From contig NC_052162.1 of the NCBI RefSeq assembly GCF_902713615.1, positions 128,860,653-128,924,652 of the forward strand: a stretch of 64,000 bases of DNA, given 5' to 3'. Every line of letters begins with the position of its first letter. Position 1 is the stretch's first letter. A program made the position numbers and the translations under genes. Shown here in pieces: positions 27,561 to 39,064 of the stretch. This DNA is from Scyliorhinus canicula. Taxonomy: Eukaryota. The notes beneath the pieces were generated by a model. That model worked only from the letters and a program-made list of their open reading frames with translations, had not been told where the DNA came from and made no database searches.

Positions 27561-27783
27561 CCTGGGGAGAGAGGTTTAATTCCCATGAGCCAGTGGGATT
27601 GTCAGATGAGGAGTTAAAATGGCGGAACTTTCACATGTGATTATCGCCCAGGTTCAATGGGGTGGTTTGTTTTGGGGTTTAATGGAGGTGCGTCGGCCTG
27701 TGAGCAGGCAGCCAGTTTTGTGAAGCTAATGGGGTCATGAGGAGAGGCGGGTCAGTCATTGCCACCATGTCTTACGCCATTCG

Positions 27784-27840
27784 CACATCGAAATTGAGGC
27801 AACTTTGAACTGAATTAACCAAATGTTTCAATTCGATGTG
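27784..27840 (+). ncRNA. Candidate pre-miRNA-like hairpin (paralogue 55564-55620)
   Basis: 21-bp stem with two bulges and a 12-nt loop by manual folding; no family recognised. Confidence 0.35.
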
Positions 27841-28119
27841 ACAAGCACTGGATCGATCCAATCCAGCCGTCACGCCCCCCCCCCCCCCCCCCAACCCCAC
27901 CCCCGAGACCACCACAGGTACCCCCACCAACCCCATCCCACCAACCCCCCACCCCAGCTCTGAACTCTCCTCTTTCTCCACTCCCTCTCCCGTCTCCCCT
28001 CACGTCCTCCCCGAGTTCATCTTGTCTGTCAGACCCACTTCCTGTTCCTTCATTCCCATTCCCAATAAACTGTGGATCTCCCAAAGTCTCCTTCTGACTC
28101 TCCCCATGTTAGCCCATAT

Positions 28120-28348
28120 TGTTTTTTAAAATAAATTTAGAGTACCCAATTCATTTTTTCCAATTAAGGGGCAATTTAGCATGGCCAATCCACCTACCCT
28201 GCACATCTTTGGGTTGTGGGGGTGAAACCCACGCAAACACGGGGAGAATGTGCAAACTCCACATGGACAGTGACCCAGAGCCGGGATCGAACCTGGGACA
28301 TCAGCGCCGTGAGGCAGCAGTGCTAACCACTGCGTCACTGTGTCACCC
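28120..28348 (-). mobile_element. HE1-like SINE shared by both duplicated blocks (paralogue about 56067-56298)
   Basis: The same TSD tgttagcccatattgtt flanks both copies. Confidence 0.9.
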
Positions 28349-30174
28349 TTGTTAGCCCATATTGTTGGCATCTCTCTGTCTCTCTCTCTCTTTTGGAGCA
28401 ACTTCCCACCTCTCGACACCCCTTCCCCTCTTAATCTGCTGTTACCCCCATCAACCCCCTCCCCCAATTAAAATATCACATTCACTCCTCACTCCTTGAA
28501 AACTCCCGTTGCATCTCCAATCCCTCCTTTTCCTCCCCGAGGTCCCTGAAACGTGTTGTCGCCTCTCCCAAATCCGTCCCTATCATTCCCGGAACTCCGG
28601 CTGGGTGGGACTATTCCCACCTGCTTCCATTCCATTCTTGGAACCTTTTAATGATTGGAGTCCACCGCACTGTGGGGCAGCGAGTTCCACAAGATCACCA
28701 GGGAGCTCATTGATGAAGCAGCTGAAGATGGTTGTGGTGGTTGGAGGTCAATCATCTCAGCTCCAGGACATCAGTGCAGGAGTTCCTCAGGGTAGTGTCC
28801 TAGGCCCAAACATCTTCAGCTGCTTCATCGATGACCGCCCTCCCATCATAAGGTCATGGAAGTGGGGATGTTTGTGGATGACTGCACAATGTTCAGCACC
28901 ATTCACGACTCCTCAGATAATGAAGCAGTCCGTGTCCAAATGCAGCAAGACCTGGACAATATCCAGGCTCCGGCTGACAAGTGGCAAGTTACATTCACGC
29001 CACAGAAGTGCCAGTGTCATGTGAGAGTACCTTTAAGAAATTAGTGTTTATAAATGGGTGTGTATATAAATATCTGCAGTGAGAGTACCTTTAAGAAATG
29101 AGTGTTTATTACTGCAGTGATGTCAGAGAGTGGGTGGAGCTGGGCTGTCTGTCAGCTTTTTACTTTCGTTTTAGGCTGTTTGCTGCAGGGTGTGTTTTAG
29201 TTTCGTTTTCAGAGCTGGATAGCTGCAGTCACAGCCTGAAGGGGTGTGAATCTCTCTCTCTGTAATCTAAAGACTGCAAATCGATCCTTTGGTGATTTAA
29301 AACTAATAACTGCTCTCAGTGGTGACTTTAACCTGATGTGCTTCTGCTGAAAGGTTTTCTGGATGTTAAAAGGACAGCTTAATCATTACTTGGTGTTGTA
29401 TTCTTTGGGGGTTGTAGTTGAATTAATGGTTGCTAAGATGTTCACTGTATGTTTTAAAAAGGTCAACATAGGAACATAGGATTTAGGAGCAGAAGTAGGC
29501 CATTCAGCCCTTCGAGCCTGCTCCGCCATTCAATCAGATCATGGCCGATCTCTTCCTGGTCTCAAATCCACCTCCCTACCAGTTCCCCATATCCTTCAAA
29601 CTTTTTATCAGAAATATATCTATCGCCTTCTTGAAACCATTTAATCCAGATTCCACCGCACTATGGGGCAGCACAGCTTCACCACCCTCTGCAAGAAGTA
29701 TTTCCTCCTCATCCCAGTTGGAAATCTACCACCTCTCAACCTCTATCTGTGACCTCTCGTTCTAGATTGCCCCACAAGGAGGAACATTTGGTCTACGTTT
29801 ACTTTATCAAACCATTTAGTATTTTATACGCCTCGATCAGATCCCCTGCTCACCCTTCTGAACTCCAGCGTGTATAAACCCAAACTGTTTAATCTCTCCT
29901 CATACGTCAACCCTTTCCTCCCCGGAATCAATCTGGTGAACCTTGTCTGAAAGGTCAAAGGTGTCCGTAGTTGGCAGGGTTTCAGGAGCGCCTAGTCCTG
30001 CCTGAAGTGTCTCTCCAGCTTCTCGGATCGGGGTCCAGGTGCAATGCCAATGACGTACATGGCAGGGTGTGGTTGGGGGGGGGGGGGGTAGACGGAGAAG
30101 TTTCTACTCAACCCTTTCACTAGTTAACTTCCTGCACCGAAACCCATGTGTGCCACCTTGTTGCCCTCTCACTT

Positions 30175-30515
30175 AGAACATAGAACAGTACAGCACAGAA
30201 CAGGCCCTTCGGCCCTCGATGTTGTGCCGAGCCATGATCACCCTACTCAAACCCACATATCCACCCTATACCAGTAACCCAACAACCCCCCCCTTAACCT
30301 TACTTTTTTAGGACACTACGGGCAATTTAGCATGGCCAATCCACCTAACCCGCACATCTTTGGACTGTGGGAGGAAACCGGAGCACCCGGAGGAAACCCA
30401 CGCACACACGGGGAGGACGTGCAGACTCCACACAGACAGTGACCCAGCCGGGAATCGAACCTGGGACCCTGGAGCTGTGAAGCATTTATGCTAACCACCA
30501 TGCTACCGTGCTGCC
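30175..30515 (-). mobile_element. Full-length HE1-like SINE; near-identical copies at 49408-49760 (-) and 57345-57690 (+)
   Basis: gggcagcacggtagcatggtggttagcataaatgcttcacagctcc head and (gttctat)n tail. Confidence 0.9.
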
Positions 30516-32248
30516 CACTTGACCTGCCTATATCACATTTGCAACGTCTCTGTGGCTTCCTCACAGCTTGCTTTCCCAACGAACTTTGTATTGTCAGCAA
30601 TCTTGGATCTACTGCTCTCAGTCCCTTCACTTGAGTTGTCTGTATAGATTGTAAATAGCTGGAGCCCGGGCATTGATCCATGCAGACCTCCACTTGTCCC
30701 AGCCTGCCATCCCAAATATCAGCGGGTTATCCCAACTCTCTGTCTGTTAATCAATCCATACCTATGTATCTTGTACCTGTCATAACCCTGACAAGGACCA
30801 GGGGGGAACCATCATTGAACTCCCTATGGGACTGGTCGGGTACGAGCTTCCCAGACAGAGGGCCGATGCCACCCACCTGAAGCTGGTTATGGACAGATAT
30901 GGCCCCAAGCAGGGCCTCGATTGCAGGGCCTCGACAGACTAGTCCTCCCGGCTAGGAAAGTGCCGGCAGCGAGGTACTGCTTTACGCAGAGTATGTACAT
31001 GGTTAAAATAAATGACTGTTCAATGTCCGCCTGCTTCCTCAAGTTGGTAAACTGGCGATGAGGATTAAAAGAAACTCCGGGATCACTTGTGGAACCGCCT
31101 GACGGCCCAAAGTTTCTTTTTGGGACATCGCGCCGTAAAGATGGGAGATGTCGTTCTTTGGAAAATTGGAAGCCTTCGGCGCAGGCCTGGAAGATTGGAA
31201 CCAGTACGCGGAGCACATAAGGTATTTTTTCCAGGCAAATGGGATTTTGGGGGAAGGCCAACAGAAAGTCTTCCTCCTGACATTTGGGATTCTGGAGACT
31301 TATCTGGCTGCACCGGTCTCCAAATCCTTTGATGGCCTGGTTGCTATGGTTTCGGAACACCATGATCCTAAACCCTCCGCAATCATGCAATGGTATAGTT
31401 TTAATATGGCAGTGCGGCCCCCTGGCAAATCGATCGCAGACTTCTTGATCTGCTTAAGAAGTCTGACCAGCCCTCTCGGAGATGTTACGGGACTGGGAGC
31501 AACTTTGTTGGGGTGAGACTGGTTATGAGTCCTTAGTATTGACTGGTCTTCCGGATGGGCACCAGAAGCCAATACGACGTGCTGTGTGAATACCCTGAGG
31601 TGTTCCAGGACGGCCTGGGCAGAACAAAGGGGGGGCCAAAGCCCATATCTACGTGGATCCTAATGCTCATCCCGGTATTGCTGGGCTCGGCCAGTGCCTT
31701 ATGCGTTGCTGACAATGTTCAACGCAGAACTTTGGCGCCTGCAGGATCCAGGAGTCATACTCCTGGTGCAGTTTGCGGAATGGGCTGCACCCGTTGTACC
31801 AGTAATGAAGCCCGACAAAACTTTGCAGTGACTTCAAACTCGTGGTGACTAAGATCTCACGTCTGGACCGATACCCAATGCCCCAAGTAGAGGGTTTCTT
31901 TGCGCCAGATTGGCTGGAGGATGCTCCTTCATGAAGCTGGACACGAAAGATGCGTGTCGCTGGTGCAGCTGGACCCAGAGGTTTGCCATCATTAATACTC
32001 ATCGGGGGTTGCTTGAGTACACCCGACTCCCGTTTGGGATTTCATCAGCCCCGGCGATCTTTCAGCGGGTGATGGAGAACATTTTGCAGAGCCACCCGAA
32101 TGTGGCCATCTGATTGGACAATGTGCTCACTACCTGGATCCACAGTGAAGGAACACATGGGTAACCTACAGGAGGTGCTCCGGTGGTTTTCCCATGTCGG
32201 TGCCCAGCTGAAGAGGAGAAAGTGTTTCACGCTAAAGTGGTGACCTAT

Positions 32249-32720
32249 AGGGCAGCACGGTGGCCTAGTGGTTAGCACAACCGCCTCACGGCGCTGAGGT
32301 CCCAGGTTCGATCCCGGCCCTGGGTCACTGTCCGTGTGGAGTTTTTGTTTTTTTTTTATAAATTTAGAGTACCCAATTATTTTTTCAAATTAAGGGGCAA
32401 TTTAGCGTGGCCAATCCACCTAACCTGCACATCTTTGGGTTGTGGGGGCGAAACCCACGCAGACACGGGGAGAATGTGCAAACTCCTCACGGACAGTGAC
32501 CCAGGGCCGGGATTCGAACCCAGGTCCTCAGCGCCGTGAGGCAGCAATGCTAACCACTGTGCCACCGTGCTGCCTGTCCGTGTGGAGTTTGCACATTCTC
32601 CCCGTGTCTCCGTGGGTTTCGCCCCCACAACCCAAAGATGTGCAGAGTAGGTGGATTGGCCATGCTAAATTGCCCCTTAATTGGAAAAAATGAATTGGGT
32701 AATCTAAATTTATAAAAAAA
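32249..32720 (+). mobile_element. SINE (+) containing an inverted SINE (about 32346-32574), inserted in the Gypsy pol
   Basis: Outer TSD aaagtggtgacctat (32234-32248 and 32721-32735); inner TSD tgtccgtgtggagttt. Confidence 0.9.
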
Positions 32721-33481
32721 AAAGTGGTGACCTATCTCAGTTACAGGATGGACAGGGGCGGCCTACACCCAGTGGAGAATAAGGTTCGCACAATAAAAGG
32801 GACCCCGACCCCAAGAACGCCACAGAGTGGCGGTCGTTTCTGGGGCCTGGTCAACTGCCATTGCCAATTTGGCTGCATTGTTGGCTCCATTCCACGTGCT
32901 ATTCAGGAAGGACCAGGAATGGCATTGGGGCACTTCCCAGCGGCCTTTGATGCTAGGCCTCTAATATTGACCTGCCATGCTCACCCGCTGTGGTACGTGG
33001 GCAGTGCAGGCCCATGGATGGGACGACGGCGTGGAACGACCCATTGCGTTTGCTTCGAGGCCTCTGGCGGACACAGAGCGGGTGTTGCGCTCAAATAGAG
33101 AAAGAAGGCTTGGCAGTCATTTTCGGACTACATTCCATCAGTACGTTCAGGGGCGACATTTTGTCATTGTAACCGGCCATCAACCGTTGCTCGGTCTCTT
33201 CAGGGAGGATAAGGGGATCCCTCTGATCGCAGCGGCTCGGATTCAGCGCTGGGCACTCCGGCTTGCGGTGTACGAGTATTCCATCCAGCAGCGCACAGGA
33301 ACGCAAATTGACCGCGTCGATGCCCTCAGCCATTGGCCGTGAGCGCCCCGTCCCCACCAGTGGTGGATGAGGTGATCGCGGCTCTCAATGTTATGGACTC
33401 CTTGCCGGTGGCAGTTGCTCAGGTACATGCGTGGACACAACGGGACTGGCGAAGCTTTGCCTCTTGCCATTGAGTGACACG

Positions 33482-34110
33482 CGTCATGTGAGAGTACCTT
33501 TAAGAAATGTGTGTTTAAGAAATGTACCTTTAAGAAATGGGTGTTTAAGAAATGTACCTTTAAGAAATGGGTGTTTATCAGTGATGTCAGAGTGTGGGTG
33601 GAGCTGGGCTGTCTGTCAGCTTTTTACTTTTGTTTTAGGCTGTTTGCTGCAGGGTGTGTTTTAGTTTAGTTTTCAGTGTTGGAGCTGAAGCCAGACAGAG
33701 CGGGTGTACTGTTGATCTCTCTGCCATCAAAAGACTATCTCTTGATTATTTGGTGAATTCAGAATTATAAATGTTTTCAGTAGTGAATGTAAACCTAATG
33801 TGCTTCTGTTAAAAGGTGTTTCTTTTATCTTCTGGATGTTGTTTGGGAAGTTATTAAGGATGACTTAGTGTTGTATTCTTTGGGGGTTGTATCTGAATTA
33901 ATGGTTGCTAAGAGTTTACTGTATGTTTCAAAAAGGTTAACTTGAGTTCATAGAATAAACATTGTTTTGCTTTAAAAATACGTTTCCATTTCTGATGTAC
34001 CACCCCTGTAGAGTGGGCCGTGTGCTCCCCATACCACAATCTATTAAAAGTTGTGGGTCAGGTGAACTCCATGATACACTTTGGGGTTCTCTAAACCCTG
34101 GCCCATAACA
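33482..34110 (+). mobile_element. Solo LTR (tcatgtgagagtacctttaagaaatg family) inside the Gypsy element; relatives at about 29013-29465 (+) and 46900-47360 (-)
   Basis: Ends in ...ataaCA, AATAAA inside, three related copies in the window. Confidence 0.8.
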
Positions 34111-36442
34111 CACAAAGAAGGAGGTCCTTCCGGTAACCCTCTGCTCCTTCACCCAGCGGTTTGCCGAGCGTAGTATCGAAGATGGCGCAATATTGTGGGG
34201 AGCTCGAGTCGGTCATCACCCCGCGGGGGCAGGATGCCCTGCTGCAGGATCTTCACGGTGGCCATCTGGGTGCGCCAGGTGGTCGGGCATCGATGGGGAC
34301 ATCGAGGGGGGGGGTCGTGCTCAGCTGTCCGATGTGCCAGGAACATCAAACAGAAGCCCTGCCAACGGCCTCTCTGCGCCCGTGGGAACGGCCAGGGGCG
34401 CCCATGGGTGCGCCTGCATAGATTTTGCAGGACTGTTCCCGGGTTCCACGTTCCTTGTGGCCGGAAACGCCCACACAAAGTGTGCAAAAGATCTCCGCGT
34501 GTCCAGGGCCACAGTGGAGAAGCTCCGGGGGATTTTTTAGCACCCACGGAATGCTTGATGCTCCAGTGAAGGATCATGGGACGCCGTTCGCCAGTGAAGA
34601 ATTTGCCGGCTGAGTGAAGAGGAACGGCATTCGGCATGGTCGGACTGCTCCATACGTCCAGCGGAATGGGCGGCCCAGACTTTCAAGAGGGGCCTGAAGA
34701 AACAATCCACGGGTCTCTGGACACGCGGTTCCTCTTTAATTATCGCACAACGCCCCACGTGGCAACTGGGATCGCCCCTGCCGAGCTCGTGCTGGGCCAC
34801 AGGTTCCAAACCCGGCTGCGTCTCACGCTTCCGAGCCTCGGCGACAAAGTAGACGGAGGAAACTCTGAAACGACACCACCGCTTGTGGGCGCCAGGGTGA
34901 ACTTTCCACTCTGGGGATGCGGGCTAGGCCTGCAGGTTTGGGGAGGGAGCAGTCGCAGGCTACAAAGGTGTTGCTGTGGAGCAATTGGTCCGATGTCACG
35001 TCAGGACCATGTTCAGGGTCAGTAAGTGGACCACCTGATGAAGCGGGAGGCCGTCCACCTCGACGGCCAAACAGCAGTGTTGGTGTCTGTGCCGCGTCAG
35101 GAACCGCCCCTCAGCCTGGGGTCCCAGCCGTCTGGGTTGCTTCGCCCAGACCGAGGCCCCCGCAGTCACCCTTGGGCGGTCGGCCGGGAAACGCCGATCG
35201 GCGAACCGCTGCACTCCACCAGACCCAGAGTCAACTCAGGCAGGGGCAAAGCGACGCAGAAGCCTCCCCCCCCCCATTGCCGGTCTACGGGGGGGGGGAT
35301 CTTCGGACTGGGGGGGGGGGGGGTGGGCGTCATAACCCCCAGTTGGAAACCATCATCGATCTCCCCATGGGACCCGTGAAGTACAGGCTTCCCAGACAGG
35401 GGGCGAAGACAGCCACTTGGGGCTCGTTACGGGTGATTATAAAAGCTGTCCCAAAGTAAGTTCGAGACAGACTATGGGCAGCACGGTAGCACAGTGGTTA
35501 GCATAGTTGCTTCACAGCGCCAGGGTCCCAGGTTCGATTCCCGGCTTGGGCCACTGTCTGTGTGGAGTCTGCACGTTCTCCCCGTGTCTGCGTGGGTTTC
35601 CTCCGGGTGCTCCGGTTTCCTCCCACAGTCCAAAGGTGTGCCGGTTAGGTGGATTGGACGTGATAAACTGCCCCTTAGTGTCCAAAAAGGTTAGGTAGGG
35701 GTTACTGGGATAGGGTAGAGGCGTGGGCTTAGTTAAGGGTGCTCTTTCCAAGGGCCAGTGCACTCTCGATGGGCTGAATAGCCTCCTTCGGCACTATAAA
35801 TTCTATGACTTGTCCTCCCATCTGGGAATGTGCTGGGAGCGAGATACTGCGTTTCGCAGACTTTGTACATGATTATAATAAACGATTGTTCAATGTTCGC
35901 CTTTCACAATATAAACTAATATAAACTAAAAGGCCAAATATACTACATCTACTGGTTCCCCCTTATCTACCTTTGACAAAGTCTCAGAATTGTCACTTGA
36001 TGCCACGCAGCTCTCCCCACCCCCACCTCAGCATTGGATGCCCAAGATGTCCCTTTTCACCACAATATTGAAGGTGACCGTTGAGGTTTTAATAAATCAG
36101 GGTTTTTCTCTCCCCGTCCCACTCCACATTGACCCCAGAACAACTTTGGGGAGCGGGGAGTCACCTGTGAGCATTCCAAGTGATGTAACACTGACATTTA
36201 TTGCGGGAATATCAACCTCAGTACGCGCAACGCTTTCAGATGGCTCTTGGGAAAAAGGTTCCACACGAAAGGCTTTTGACTGGACTCAAATTTGCCGCCG
36301 TCGTGGTGGGCGAGGTCAGGAGTTGAGGCCGAATGGGAAACTTGATGGGAGTCTGGCCGACTGTGAGAGGCGTCGCGGTCAGACAGTGGGAGAGGACGAG
36401 ATTTATTATTGCTGCTGTTCCTCTGAATTCAGCTTCTGCTTG

Positions 36443-36497
36443 CACCTGGGGCCTGGTGTAGGTGGGGGATTGGACAGTGCCATACTGAAATTTGCAT
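36443..36497 (+). promoter_or_regulatory. Ig light-chain-type promoter of V1: E-box CACCTG (36443) and octamer ATTTGCAT (36490-36497)
   Basis: Octamer in the light-chain orientation about 117 bp upstream of the leader ATG, followed by a TTTAAAAA TATA-like element near 36555. Confidence 0.85.
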
Positions 36498-36613
36498 ACA
36501 GGATGCAGAATGCAAAACAACCCCAGAGAGAGAGCGAGAGGGTCTGGGGCGACTTTAAAAACCCGGGTGGCAGGCAGGGCAGTGACAGAGCAGAGATTGA
36601 AGGACCTCACACC

Positions 36614-36659
36614 ATGGAACCAGCTCGCCTCCTGGTCGTGTTGATCGCGCAGTTCGCCA
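36614..36659 (+). CDS. V1 leader exon (MEPARLLVVLIAQFA)
   Basis: Kozak accATGg, hydrophobic signal peptide, 46 nt phase 1, A|GTAAGT donor. Confidence 0.9.
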
Positions 36660-36977
36660 GTAAGTGGGATGTTGTTTCCCTCCGACAGGGTCCGGGGATC
36701 AGCGGGAAAGACTTAGCCTTTCTGCTGTTTAATTTTAATCAATTTTCCATTTATTTCACGGGCTGGGCGTGGGGTCCACCGGGAATCGACTGGTCCACAG
36801 ACAGACTGTTTCCCTTTTAGTTTATTTAAAGGGGGCCGGTTTTGTGTGGGGTCCACTGCGTGTCGCTCTCCCTCACTGACAGGCTGTTTCCCTTTTAATT
36901 TATTTAAAGCGGGTGTGTGTGTGGGGTCCGCCGCGAGTCGCTCTCCCTCACTGACAGCTGTCTAATTATTTTTCCAG

Positions 36978-37302
36978 GCGTCTGGGCCGATCCTCGCGTC
37001 ACTCAAGACCCACTCACGGGACCGGTCGCCTTGGGAGAGACGGTCAAACTGAAATGCAACCTCCACGGTGCCAGTGCCGGCACCTATGGCATAAGCTGGG
37101 TACGTCAGGCACCGGGCAAGACGCCCCAGGGTGTACTCTATCATGCTACTGACAGAAAGATCTACCGAGCCCCGGGGATCACGGACCGATTCACGCCCTC
37201 GGCCCAGGACTCCAGTTTCACCTACTATCTGACCGTCGGTAACGTGGAGGCCGCAGACGGGGCTGTCTATTACTGTATGGTTTGGATAAGCAACGTAGGA
37301 TA
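36978..37302 (+). CDS. Ig light-chain-like V gene segment 1 (most similar to shark type I / NS5 / sigma-2 V as I recall it)
   Basis: SVWADPRVTQ...KLKC...ISWVRQAPGKTPQ...DGAVYYCMVWISNVG: C23, W41, D-x-A-x-Y-Y-C104 all present; ttccAG acceptor; open frame. Confidence 0.93.
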
Positions 37303-37330
37303 CACAGTGATACACACTGTGACAAAAACC
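37303..37330 (+). other. 12-RSS of V1
   Basis: CACAGTG + 12 nt (atacacactgtg) + ACAAAAACC, a perfect consensus. Confidence 0.97.
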
Positions 37331-37729
37331 TCCTCCGAGACCTCAAGGCCCTCCTTCGCACTGGGGAACCTGCACCACCCCCTTTCCCTCCTTGGACCTC
37401 TGGGACCCTCGGAAGGTCTCCCCACGCCCGCCCCGTATTGAATAGCACAGCAGGAGCACGCCCGCCTGCAGTCATATAGCGCCTTTTCGACGAGAACGTT
37501 CCCTCGGGCACACGTCCGTGAAAGGAGTTTGGACAACGAGCCGCATATCAGGGGAGAGGCCATGGGGCTGAACGGCCTCTTTCTGCAACGGAACCTTCCC
37601 ACCGTTCGTAATGCTACATCGTGGAAGTCATTGAATCCCTACAGTGCATTGAACCCGGGTCCCCGGCGCTGTGAGGCAGCAGTGCTAACCACTGTGCAAC
37701 TGTGCTGCCCATGAGGTAGGTTCTAAGAA

Positions 37730-37960
37730 GTGTATTTTTAAAAAAAATTAGAGTACCCAATTAATTTTTTCCAATTAAGGGGCAATTTAGCGTGGCCAAT
37801 CCACCTACCCTGCACATCTTTGGGGTGTGGGGGTGAAATCCACGCAAACACGGGGAGAATGTGCAAACTCCATACGGACAGTGACCCAGAGCCGGGATCG
37901 AACCTGGGACCTCAGCGCCGTGAGACATCGGGGCTAACCCACTGCGCCACCGTTCTGCCC
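37730..37960 (-). mobile_element. SINE inserted between V1 and J1
   Basis: HE1-like sequence on the minus strand. Confidence 0.85.
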
Positions 37961-38986
37961 CCAAGAAGTGCCTTTCAGGGTGTAGGGAGGTGGAGAGAGG
38001 TTTCAGGGAGGGAATTGCAGAGTTTTGGGAGGTGGGGGCGATCTCAGAGGGTCGGCGGAGGAGATGGCAGAGATTGTGAGGGTTTGGGGAGTGGGGAGGC
38101 CACGGAGGGATCTGACGCTGAGGTGGAAAACTTTAAAATGGAGGTGTTGCCGGAACTGGGGTCCGGTTCACCGTGGCTGGGTCAAAGGTCGTGGAACCCC
38201 CTCTCCCCAACGTTACAATGGGCGTTCCCTACACCAGACACGCAATGCAGAGAGTTCAAGATGGTGGCTCACCCATCACCCTCTCAGGGGGCAATTGGAG
38301 ATGGGGGCCGGGGACAGGGGGAAAAGGGACTCCAGGCGATACGGGTGGTGGATTTCTGAATGAGCTGAAGTTTATAGGGGGCGGGAATGTGGGAGGAGGC
38401 CGAGCTGGGAATGGACAGCGATTGTTCATTCAAGTGGACAGCAGGAAGGGGGAGGGGGGGGGAGTCTGGGAGGGGAGAACCGGGGCCTTGAGGAGTCAGA
38501 GGTGGGGAATTGAGCGAGGTTTTGGCCTCTGCAGTCCCGGTCGGACCCCAGATTTCTCTCCGGTGCGATGTCTCACCTCCAGCTCCCATTGGCTTCCCCC
38601 GTGTCGGGCCAGCTCCTAATCTCTCTCTGTTCACCGACCTCTCTCTCTCTCTCTCTCTCTAAGGCTCAAACCCTACCGCCTCAAAGGACAGCAGCCACAT
38701 GGGGAACTCCACCACCTGCAAGTCCCCCCCCTCCGAGCCCCACACTCACCATCCTGACTGGGAAATATATCGGCCGTTCCTTCACTGTCGCTGGGTCACA
38801 ATCCTGGCCCTCCCTCCCTGACAGCACTGTGGGTCTTACCCACACCACACAGGGACTGCAGCCGGTTCAAGATGGCGGCTCACCCACCACCTTCCCAAGG
38901 GGCAATTAGGGATGGACAATAAACGCTGGGCCCGGCCAGGGACACCCCACATCCACCGTGAAGGAAGATGGAAATGAAAGAGCTGA

Positions 38987-39025
38987 GGTTTTTGTACAGT
39001 GCTCTCCTTGCGACGAGCCGCTGTG
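38987..39025 (-). other. 23-RSS of J1
   Basis: GGTTTTTGT + 23 nt + CGCTGTG (reads CACAGCG on the minus strand; the critical CAC is intact). Confidence 0.9.
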
Positions 39026-39064
39026 TGTTTTACACCGGCAATGGAACACCACTGGACGTTAAAA
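39026..39064 (+). CDS. J segment 1, non-canonical (FYTGNGTPLDVK)
   Basis: Directly after the RSS, 39 nt, G-x-G-T-x-L-x-V pattern, phase-1 donor A|GTAAGT at 39065. Confidence 0.88.

Larger units (their letters stand above)
26485..28600 (+). repeat. Segmental duplication block A (paralogue 54156-56550)
   Basis: Colinear shared unique sequence, CT tract, hairpin and shared SINE. Confidence 0.92.
30778..35910 (+). mobile_element. Degenerate full-length Gypsy-like LTR retrotransposon with nested insertions
   Basis: gag-like MSFFGKLEAF...WNQYAEHIRYFFQAN; RT fragments (YPEVFQDGLG, YTRLPFGISSAPAIFQRVMENIL); RNase H (YVQGRHFVIVTGHQPLLGLF...RIQRWAL); integrase remnants; diverged LTRs at about 30778-31080 and 35325-35910. 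Confidence 0.85.
36207..37355 (+). repeat. Segmental duplication block B, V promoter plus V gene (paralogue 61406-62480)
   Basis: Near-identical promoter, leader, V and RSS. Confidence 0.93.

Noticed and set aside
26675-27640. 321-aa Leu/Ser-rich membrane-protein-like ORF
   Set aside because: Translation of a CT microsatellite.
35990-36820. 276-aa ORF over the V1 promoter
   Set aside because: A composite of a decayed CR1 RT piece (DKVPHKRL-like), promoter and out-of-context leader; the paralogue has a stop at about 61691.
36978-37302. TCR V, IgH V, IgNAR or non-rearranging NITR/UrIg-type V
   Set aside because: A V with a 12-RSS, a light-chain-orientation octamer, no D segments and an unjoined RSS-bearing J fit a light-chain-type locus best.
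36917-37441. ORF-track V proteins starting MCGVRRES (also 62050)
   Set aside because: The start is intronic; the real start is the upstream leader exon, and the read-through after the V end is RSS.
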